A DNA stretch of 12,385 nt from Armatimonadota bacterium (GTDB taxonomy: Bacteria > Sysuimicrobiota > Sysuimicrobiia > Sysuimicrobiales > VGFF01): NCBI GenBank assembly GCA_016868955.1, contig VGFF01000064.1, positions 1-12,385 of the forward strand, written 5' to 3'. The number at the start of each line of letters is the position of its first letter. The first letter of the stretch is position 1. The notes beneath the pieces were generated by a model, which did not search any database, was not told where the DNA came from, and saw only the letters and a list, made by a program, of their open reading frames with translations. Positions 1-6,414 of this stretch are shown piece by piece. A program made the translations under genes and the position numbers.

Positions 1-597
1 CACGGGACGGGACGCTAGATACTCCCGAATCGCCCTCGCCGTGACCGGAGAGACAAATGCAACCCGGTCCTTCGACCCTTTGCCCGCCCGCACGAACAAA
101 CCCCGTTCGGAAGGCTGCCAGTGCTCGACGAGCAGCCGGAGCAGCTCCGAGGCACGGAGCCCCGCGTCCGCCATGACGAGTAGCATGGCCCGATTTCGCT
201 TGCCCTCCGTCTGCTGAGAACAGGTCGACAACAACGACCGCAATTCGTCTTCTGTTGGCACTTGGGGAAGCGTCTTCGGCAGGCGCACCTGCACGCCGCG
301 AAGGAGTCCCTCGGGGAGCTTGCCGACGGCCGCGCCCCACAGGAAAAAGGTCTTCAGGGTTCGGTAGGCTTGGTGTCGGGTGCTGGCAGAGACGTTGCGC
401 TCGAACAGCCGGGTGAAGAATGCCTGCAGTTGTTGGCTGTCTAGCGGTATGGTGGCACCGCTCACAAACAACCTTGTCCAGTGTGCGTAGACGCGGAGAG
501 TCTTCGGGGAACAACCTGCCACGCGTTTTGATAATAGGAAAGACTCGGCGAGGTCAGGCAGAGTCGGGGACGGCCGAACCTGGAAGGACTGCGTCAT
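1..597 (-). CDS. Tyrosine recombinase / phage-type integrase (XerC/XerD-like). Only the N-terminal ~199 codons are in the window; the 3' part lies beyond the window start.
   Basis: My own minus-strand translation from ATG at 597 (GGGGG SD-like run 6 nt upstream) gives MTQSFQVRPSPTLPDLAESFLLSKRVAGCSPKTLRVYAHWTRLFVSGATIPLDSQQLQAFFTRLFERNVSASTRHQAYRTLKTFFLWGAAVGKLPEGLLRGVQVRLPKTLPQVPTEDELRSLLSTCSQQTEGKRNRAMLLVMADAGLRASELLRLLVEHWQPSERGLFVRAGKGSKDRVAFVSPVTARAIREYLASRPV. This reads as a core-binding (SAM-like) domain followed by the start of the catalytic domain, with the first conserved Arg (GLRASEL) and the GKGxKxR beta-hairpin motif. It is open to the window edge, so it is absent from the ORF track. 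It sits next to the 3' end of a tRNA gene. Confidence 0.8.
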   Translation of the reverse strand, partial: MTQSFQVRPSPTLPDLAESFLLSKRVAGCSPKTLRVYAHWTRLFVSGATIPLDSQQLQAFFTRLFERNVSASTRHQAYRTLKTFFLWGAAVGKLPEGLLRGVQVRLPKTLPQVPTEDELRSLLSTCSQQTEGKRNRAMLLVMADAGLRASELLRLLVEHWQPSERGLFVRAGKGSKDRVAFVSPVTARAIREYLASRPV

Positions 598-673
598 CGC
601 GAACCCCCTGAACCGCTGCTTATCAGCGGTGATTTGGAGGTCCACAATCGCTGAAACCCAGTTGTGACTTGAC

Positions 674-748
674 TGGTGGAGACGACGGGATTCGAACCCG
701 TGACCCCCTGCTTGCAAAGCAGGTGCTCTCCCACTGAGCTACGTCCCC
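674..748 (-). tRNA. tRNA-Ala, anticodon TGC, with encoded 3' CCA
   Basis: The reverse complement reads GGGGACGTAGCTCAGTGGGAGAGCACCTGCTTTGCAAGCAGGGGGTCACGGGTTCGAATCCCGTCGTCTCCACCA. The cloverleaf folds: acceptor GGGGACG/CGTCTCC with the Ala-identity G3:U70 pair, D stem GCTC/GAGC, anticodon stem CCTGC/GCAGG with loop TTTGCAA (anticodon TGC), T stem ACGGG/CCCGT with GTTCGAATC loop, discriminator A. Confidence 0.9.
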
Positions 749-764
749 GCGAGCGTCCGTCGTC

Positions 765-776
765 GCGATTCTACCA
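765..776 (-). promoter_or_regulatory. Candidate tRNA-Ala promoter: extended -10 TGgTAGAAT about 20 nt upstream of the mature 5' end
   Basis: The minus strand reads ...TTGGCGcgcgcggtcTGgTAGAATcgcgacgacggacgctc then the tRNA 5' end. A TG-n-TAGAAT extended -10 is seen directly. No good -35 at 17 bp spacing. Confidence 0.3.
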
Positions 777-884
777 GACCGCGCGCGCCAACCCGCATTT
801 GGTGTCAGCGGTCACGCAAAACTCCCCATATAGGGTCAACGACAACTCTCCACCCTAGTAAGGAGAGGCAAAGGAGGTAAGGGG

Positions 885-1037
885 ATGGCGGCATTGGGTG
901 GAATCCCTGGGCAGATCGAGCCTGGGGAGGAAAGCATGCTGGGGAAAGCGCGGTGGGAGCAGGTCCACCGTCTGGCCGAGAACGGGACGACGCTAGCGGA
1001 GATCGCACGGCAGCTGGAGGGGGCCTGCCCCCCCGTT
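885..1037 (+). CDS. Small ORF with a helix-turn-helix segment (transposase-OrfA-like or small regulator), interrupted after codon 51 by the IS3-family insertion
   Basis: A strong SD (AAGGAGG) lies 7 nt before ATG at 885. Translation: MAALGGIPGQIEPGEESMLGKARWEQVHRLAENGTTLAEIARQLEGACPPV, then the IS end. The TTLAEIARQL segment is HTH-like. It is not in the ORF track because the uninterrupted frame is short (it stops inside the IS at 1058). Confidence 0.35.
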
Positions 1038-1039
1038 TC

Positions 1040-1072
1040 TATACCAGTTGCTAAGTGACTACTATCGCCGCA
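1040..1072. repeat. IS3-family terminal inverted repeat (orfB-proximal end), imperfect
   Basis: TATACCAGTTGCTAAGTGACTACTATCGCC aligns in inverted orientation with the other end, sharing CCAGTTG and GACTAC cores, about 65% identity over about 30 bp. Confidence 0.5.
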
Positions 1073-1908
1073 GCGCGTGTGATCTGACGTAGCTGTTCGG
1101 TCGCCGCGAAGGCCGCTGGCGACATGCGCCCCAGACTGCCATGCGGCCGTTGTTCGTTGTGCTCTCTGCGCCAAGCTTCAATGGTCCTGCGCGCGTCGGC
1201 GATGCTTATAAACCAGTGCGTATTCAGACACTCGTCCCTCAGTCTGCCTTGAAAGCTCTCGACCAGCGCGTTTTGCACCGGCTTTCCGGGATCGATGAAG
1301 TGTAGCTTCACCCCTGCCGCATAAGCCCAGCGATCCATCGCACGTCCCGTGAATTCCGGCCCATTATCGACGGTGATCACTTCGGGGATGCCGCGGCGCT
1401 GTCCAAGCTGCCCCATGACCTCGACCACGCGATCTCCCGGCAGCGAGGTGTCTACTTCCAGCACGAGGCACTCCCGTGTGTGGTCTTCGATGACACTGAG
1501 GACACGAAAGCGCCGGCCGTCGGCGAGCGCGTCGACCAGAAAGTCCATCGACCAGCGCTGATTGACACCCGTCGGCGGGGTCCGCGGTGCAGCACGCAGA
1601 AGCGAAGGACGCTTACGCCGTCTTCGCCGTAGTGCCAGGCGATCCTGACGGTACAGCCGGTAGACCCGCTTGTGATTGACTGCCCACACCTCGCGTACCA
1701 GCGCGTCGTGCAGAAAACGATAGCCGTGGCGCACTCGGCGCTGGGCCAGATCCCGCAGCCGCTCCCGAAACGCCTCGTCGCTCGCTCGATGCCCCTGGTA
1801 ACGGGCCGTTGATCGGCCGACGCCTACCAGTCGACACGATCGGCGTTGCGAATACCCGAAGTCTCGTTGGATCTGCTGCACCATTCCTCGCCGTGCAGTT
1901 GGCGTCAT
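1051..1908 (-). CDS. IS3-family transposase OrfB (DDE integrase-core / rve domain); expected to be expressed as an OrfAB fusion by -1 frameshifting
   Basis: The 285-aa ORF contains WSMDF...VITVDNGPEFTG...LVESFQGRLRDECLN...AWRREHNEQRPHGSLGRMSP, which are rve/DDE hallmarks. It overlaps orfA in the -1 frame. The stop is 13 bp from the IS end. Confidence 0.85.
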   Translation of the reverse strand: MTPTARRGMVQQIQRDFGYSQRRSCRLVGVGRSTARYQGHRASDEAFRERLRDLAQRRVRHGYRFLHDALVREVWAVNHKRVYRLYRQDRLALRRRRRKRPSLLRAAPRTPPTGVNQRWSMDFLVDALADGRRFRVLSVIEDHTRECLVLEVDTSLPGDRVVEVMGQLGQRRGIPEVITVDNGPEFTGRAMDRWAYAAGVKLHFIDPGKPVQNALVESFQGRLRDECLNTHWFISIADARRTIEAWRREHNEQRPHGSLGRMSPAAFAATEQLRQITRAAAIVVT

Positions 1909-2171
1909 GGCTTTTTTGACAGCACGCTCCGCAACGTGTGATTGTCCAGCGTCAGATCCGCAACAAGGCCTTTGAGGCGTCGATTCTCGTCCTCGAGTTG
2001 GCGAAGCCGTCTGGCTTCACTGACGTCCATCCCACCGTACTTCGCTTTCCATCGGTACAGGGACTGCTTGGTGATCCCGTGACGCCGAGTAAGCTCCGTG
2101 ACGCCGACGCCGCGTTCAGCTTCCCGCAGCACCTGGATTATCTGCTCATCTGTGAACCGACTCTTCTTCAT
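1905..2171 (-). CDS. IS3-family transposase OrfA (HTH plus leucine-zipper region)
   Basis: 88 aa: MKKSRFTDEQIIQVLREAERGVGVTELTRRHGITKQSLYRWKAKYGGMDVSEARRLRQLEDENRRLKGLVADLTLDNHTLRSVLSKKP. SD AGGAGG lies 7 nt upstream of ATG at 2171. It ends in K-K (AAA AAG) at the slippery site. Confidence 0.85.
   Translation of the reverse strand: MKKSRFTDEQIIQVLREAERGVGVTELTRRHGITKQSLYRWKAKYGGMDVSEARRLRQLEDENRRLKGLVADLTLDNHTLRSVLSKKP
1911..1917 (-). other. Programmed -1 ribosomal frameshift heptamer A_AAA_AAG joining orfA to orfB
   Basis: The minus strand reads TCA AAA AAG CCA TGA in the orfA frame (S K K P stop). A -1 slip on AAAAAAG continues K K A M T P T A R R..., which is exactly the orfB reading frame. 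This is the canonical IS3-family motif. Confidence 0.7.
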
Positions 2172-2197
2172 CCCGACCCTCCTGGCCGTCGTTTCGG

Positions 2198-2230
2198 CCC
2201 AGGGACGGTAGTCTCATCTCAACTGGATCA
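2198..2230. repeat. IS3-family terminal inverted repeat (orfA-proximal end), terminus TGATCC like IS3
   Basis: The reverse complement of 2198-2230 is TGATCCAGTTGAGATGAGACTACCGTCCCTGGG. It pairs with the repeat at 1040-1072. Confidence 0.55.
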
Positions 2231-2231
2231 G

Positions 2232-2492
2232 TTTTTCGGGGGCAGGTCCCGCACCGTCTACACGGCCGCGTTTTCGACTGGCGCGCCCAGCTACGGGATC
2301 GCACGTAGCGGCGGCGGGTTCAACGTCAACGGGGAATGTCCCGCCGCCGCTACGATCGACACGACGGTCACGATCACGTTCTCGCCGTTCGGTCGTCGGG
2401 ACGCGGCGCGCGCCATCACGATCCGCAGCGGCGGCGTCACCGGTGCGGTTTCGATCGATGCCGTCGGCGGAGTCTCCTACGTATATCCGTAA
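2232..2492 (+). CDS. Startless, GC3-rich (~84%) ORF fragment immediately outside the IS end; possible 3' remnant of a disrupted gene
   Basis: Frame-0 translation after the IS boundary: FFGGRSRTVYTAAFSTGAPSYGIARSGGGFNVNGECPAAATIDTTVTITFSPFGRRDAARAITIRSGGVTGAVSIDAVGGVSYVYP then stop. The third-position G+C bias is like that of real genes in this window. There is no ATG/GTG/TTG in frame after the IS. It is not in frame with the upstream HTH ORF under a simple excision model. Confidence 0.2.
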   Translation, partial: FFGGRSRTVYTAAFSTGAPSYGIARSGGGFNVNGECPAAATIDTTVTITFSPFGRRDAARAITIRSGGVTGAVSIDAVGGVSYVYP

Positions 2493-2525
2493 TCACGCCG
2501 AGGCGCGCGGAATCCGCCGGAGCGG

Positions 2526-3104
2526 TCAGCGTGGACGCCAGAGGCCACGACCGCCGATGCGCGCCTGATCCTCGCATGACCTCAGCAGCGCCGCGTATCG
2601 CACGTTCGGCGGAAACGGCGAGGCGACCGCGTAGCCGTCCTCGACGATCAACCGGTTGAACAGCACGTCATCCGGCAACCACACGTAGGCGAGCAATCGG
2701 CCGTAGCGGTCGCGCGTCCGAACGTCGGTCGATAGCCCGACATCGCGGCGGTCGAGGCGCGCCATGGCGTAGGCTTTGGCCTGCTCGCCGAGCGCGCGAA
2801 CGGTCTCGCGGCTGCGGCTCCACGAGCGCGCCTGGCGGTCCATGTGCGGCAGACTCCGCGTCTCCGGGGCGTCGATTCCGATCAACCGCACGAGCTCGTT
2901 CCGCCCCTCGACGCGGGCCCGCACGGTGTCGCCATCGACGACGGTCACGTTCGCGCCGCGGACGAGCTCGTTGGGCGGCGTCGGGTCGTGACATTCGACG
3001 GCCGGCCCGGTAGGCGACGCGACGCCACTCGCTGCCAAGCTCGCGCACGCACCGATTGCTAGGAAGATTCCACTTAGGAATAGCCACGCCAAACGGGGAC
3101 GCAT
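2526..3104 (-). CDS. Secreted staphylococcal-nuclease-like (SNase / thermonuclease family) lipoprotein
   Basis: Internal start at 3104 (ATG) gives MRPRLAWLFLSGIFLAIGACASLAASG: a signal peptide with a lipobox-like IGAC. The mature part carries VVDGDTVRARVEGRNELVRLIGIDAPE...YGRLLAYVWLPDDVLFNRLIVEDGYA...GRGLWRP, matching the SNase catalytic/Ca-binding core (DGDT, R..GIDAPE, GR.LAY, N..LV..G.A, GLW). The longer ORF-track N-terminus (to 3320) is unlike the family and overlaps the ppsA-like stub. Confidence 0.8.
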   Translation of the reverse strand: MRPRLAWLFLSGIFLAIGACASLAASGVASPTGPAVECHDPTPPNELVRGANVTVVDGDTVRARVEGRNELVRLIGIDAPETRSLPHMDRQARSWSRSRETVRALGEQAKAYAMARLDRRDVGLSTDVRTRDRYGRLLAYVWLPDDVLFNRLIVEDGYAVASPFPPNVRYAALLRSCEDQARIGGRGLWRPR

Positions 3105-3258
3105 GTTCCCCACGATACCGCCGCCGTGCCCCAATCCGGCGATGACCATCGGCTGGCGGCGGCGCGGCTCCCGGGTCGCAGCCGCGAAAATCCGGCCGAT
3201 GACGGATCGCCCGCGGCGCCTGGCGGCCCAATGATGGAGCTGAAAAGGGGGGATCTCC

Positions 3259-3345
3259 ATGCGCTGGCTTCGCCCGTTCGAAGAAATCGGCATTACGGAC
3301 GTGCCGCTCGTGGGTGGCAAAAACGCTTCATTCGGCGAGATGCTG
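3259..3345 (+). pseudogene. N-terminal 29-codon stub of a PEP synthase / pyruvate,water dikinase-like (PEP-utilising enzyme) gene; rest of gene absent
   Basis: SD AAGGGGGGA lies 7 nt before ATG at 3259. Translation MRWLRPFEEIGITDVPLVGGKNASFGEML matches the conserved PpsA N-terminal motif (compare E. coli PpsA ...DVDRVGGKNASLGEMI). Beyond GEML the frame reads RAHRRAVLRHVQ..., which is antisense to the GH57 gene and not PpsA-like. Confidence 0.4.
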
Positions 3346-4068
3346 CGTGCTCATCGGCGTGCCGTCTTGCGCCATGTGCAAGTCCGTCACGAAGTACCGC
3401 AGCCCGCGATCGGCGATCCACTCCTCGATGCCGGGCCTCACGCCCCGAGTTTCGCGGCGATGCGGACCGGTCGGCAGGCTCCAACCGTAGCGCGGACGAT
3501 ACGCGGACTCCGGCAGCCAAATGCCGCGCGGCGACCGGCCGAAGTGCCGCTCGTGCGTCGCGACGGCGACGCGCAGCTGCAGGTCGATCGAGGCGTCGCG
3601 CCCGAGCAGCGGCAGGTAGCCGTGGGTGGCGGCGCACGTCATGATCTCGATCGCGCCCCGTTCTTCGAGGGCGCGCAACGCCGTCACGACGTTTCCGTTC
3701 GCCTTGTCGAATCGATCGAGGTGCCGTCGCATCTCCGCTCGCCAGAAGTCCGTCAGCGTCACGCCATCGTCGTCGCCAGTGCGCGCGAACGCCGCGCGAT
3801 CGTCTTCGAGGTGCGCGATGCGATTGGCTGCGAACGCCCCGAACTCGCGGCGGAATGCCGGGTGTGAAAGCTGCTCGCACAGGACGGGCGAGAGGCCGAT
3901 CGTCCAGGCCGGAGATACGCCGTCCGCGAGCAACGCGTCCGCTCCTTCCAGGAGCGGCAAGTAGCAGCCCAGCACGATTTCGTTGAGCCAATCGCTGCCG
4001 TGCGGCCAACGACCGTGACCGAGAACCCAGGGCAAGTGACTGTGGAGAATCAGCGTGAAATCGCTCAC
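3328..4068 (-). pseudogene. Glycoside hydrolase family 57 (alpha-glucan branching enzyme / amylase-like) gene, N-terminal ~240 codons only; truncated shortly after the catalytic-nucleophile motif
   Basis: GTG start at 4068 with GGAG 5 nt upstream. MSDFTLILHSHLPWVLGHGRWPHGSDWLNE...LCEQLSHPAF...RGIWLPESAYRP...GLRYFVTDLHM carries the GH57 signatures (HxHLP, GxWPxGxxWL, WLPE[CS]AY nucleophile region). Full-length GH57 enzymes are about 500+ aa. Here the ORF stops about 25 codons after the nucleophile motif, and its last 8 codons are antisense to the ppsA-like stub. Confidence 0.6.
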
Positions 4069-4077
4069 TTCAGCTCC

Positions 4078-4083
4078 ATTCTA
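4078..4083 (-). promoter_or_regulatory. TAGAAT -10-like hexamer 10 nt upstream of the GH57 GTG start (would imply a near-leaderless transcript)
   Basis: The minus strand reads ttgtacgTAGAATGGAGctgaaGTG. It is the same hexamer as upstream of tRNA-Ala and E1alpha. Confidence 0.2.
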
Positions 4084-4213
4084 CGTACAAATTCGGGTGC
4101 GTAGGGCGTGGCGCGCGCGATCGTCGGCGATCCGCCCACGGAAAGAAGGGACGTCGAGGCACGGGTTCGGGCGTGCGCAGGGAAGCCCGAAAATCGGGCC
4201 GAATAGCGCGGCC

Positions 4214-5284
4214 ATGGCTCTCTTTCCGCTGGACGATTTGCGCGCCGTCAATTCCGTCGACCCCAATGACATGATGGGGTCCGTGCTGAAACTCGGTTCG
4301 ACGTTTCAGGAAGGGTGGCGAATCGGTCGCGACGCGCCCATCGGCGCAAGACCGCATACTTGCGGCGCGATCGCCATCCTCGGCCTTGGGGGCTCGGGCA
4401 TCGGTGGCGACCTGCTGCGGGGATTCCTGTTCGATCAAGGCAAGCAACCCGTGACGGTTGTCAAGGACTACGCCGTGCCGGCGTGGATCGGCCGAGACAC
4501 CCTCGTGCTCGTCTGCTCCTACTCCGGAAACACCGAGGAAACGCTGGCGGCGTTCGAGGCGGTGCGGCGGGCCGGCGCCCCTTGCGTTGCGATCACGTCG
4601 GGCGGAACGCTGGCGCGGCGCGCCGCCGAGCAAGGCGTGCCGGTCGTGACGATCCCCGGCGGCTGGATGCCGCGCGCGGCGCTCGGCTATCTCTTCGGGC
4701 CGATGCTGGGCGTTCTCGAACAGTGGAAGCTCCTCCCGTCGCAGCGCGATCACGTCGATGAGGCGGCGGCGGTGTTGGCCGCGATGAACGGTGAGCTTGT
4801 TCCGAACCAGCCGCAGGTCGACAACGCCGCGAAGCGCGTCGCCCAATCGCTCTTGGGCCGAATCCCAGTCATCTATTCGGTCTCCCGTTTCTCCGAACCG
4901 GCGGCGTTGCGCTGGAAGTGTCAGATCAACGAGAACAGCAAAATGTATGCCGTTTGGAACGTGTGCCCGGAATTGCATCACAACGAAACTGTCGGCTGGC
5001 AATTGGCGGGCCAACCGGAGGGTCTACTGCACGTGGTCGCCCTGCGCGACGCCGCCGATCCCGTGCCCCACGTGCGCCGTCTCGAGATCACGCGCGAGGT
5101 CGCGCTCGATCGCGCCAGCGGCTACGACGAGGTGTGGAGCAGGGGCAGCGGCGCGTTGGCGCGGCTTCTGTCGCTGATCGCGTTCGGAGATGTGGTCAGC
5201 GTCTATCTCGCGTACTTGAACGGCGTCGATCCGCATCCCGTTTCATTGATCGACGAATTGAAGCGGCGATTGGCAGGATCCTAG
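4214..5284 (+). CDS. Bifunctional phosphoglucose/phosphomannose isomerase (PGI/PMI family, SIS domain)
   Basis: The ORF 4055..5284 was trimmed to the internal ATG at 4214 (MALFPLDDLRAVNSV...), giving about 356 aa, typical of the family. The SIS-domain motif is VLVCSYSGNTEETLAAFEAV. The pre-4214 part of the ORF is Arg-rich junk. Confidence 0.75.
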   Translation: MALFPLDDLRAVNSVDPNDMMGSVLKLGSTFQEGWRIGRDAPIGARPHTCGAIAILGLGGSGIGGDLLRGFLFDQGKQPVTVVKDYAVPAWIGRDTLVLVCSYSGNTEETLAAFEAVRRAGAPCVAITSGGTLARRAAEQGVPVVTIPGGWMPRAALGYLFGPMLGVLEQWKLLPSQRDHVDEAAAVLAAMNGELVPNQPQVDNAAKRVAQSLLGRIPVIYSVSRFSEPAALRWKCQINENSKMYAVWNVCPELHHNETVGWQLAGQPEGLLHVVALRDAADPVPHVRRLEITREVALDRASGYDEVWSRGSGALARLLSLIAFGDVVSVYLAYLNGVDPHPVSLIDELKRRLAGS

Positions 5285-5310
5285 GCACCACGACGAATCG
5301 GGAGCGAATC

Positions 5311-6403
<1,093 letters not shown>

Positions 6404-6414
<11 letters not shown>

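Larger units (their letters stand above)
1038..2230 (-). mobile_element. IS3-family insertion sequence, ~1.19 kb, apparently intact (orfA + orfB with -1 frameshift site, imperfect terminal IRs, flanking GTT(T) direct repeat)
   Basis: The two ORFs are typical of the IS3 family. The right end on the plus strand reads ...CAACTGGATCA|gtttt, i.e. the terminus reverse complement is TGATCCAGTTGAGATGAGACTACC, like the IS3 terminus TGATCC. The left end on the plus strand reads cgttTCTATACCAGTTGCTAAGTGACTAC, sharing the CCAGTTG and GACTAC blocks. Flanks are GTT(T) at 1035-1038 and 2231-2234. The left boundary is uncertain by about 2 bp. Confidence 0.8.

Noticed and set aside
262-611. Two short plus-strand ORFs (262..444, 420..611)
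   Set aside because: They are antisense to the integrase N-terminal domain, which has clear family signatures.
3105-3320. N-terminal 72-codon extension of the nuclease ORF given in the track (start at 3320)
   Set aside because: The extension (MPPTSGTSVMPISSNGRSQRMEIPPFQLHHWAARRRGR...) is unlike SNase-family proteins. It precedes an obvious signal peptide beginning at Met 3104 and overlaps the ppsA-like stub on the other strand.
2668-4009. Long Arg-rich ORFs on the minus strand (2668..3231, 3293..4009) and on the plus strand (3126..3644, 3626..3964)
   Set aside because: They are extremely Arg/Ala/Pro-rich with no recognisable motifs and overlap the nuclease and GH57 reading frames in other frames. 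These are typical shadow ORFs of about 70% GC DNA.
4070-5014. 314-aa minus-strand ORF and several plus-strand ORFs (4315..4761, 4458..4649, 4791..5177) overlapping the PGI/PMI gene
   Set aside because: They are antisense or out of frame with respect to a well-supported SIS-domain gene, Arg-rich, and have no SD or start context.
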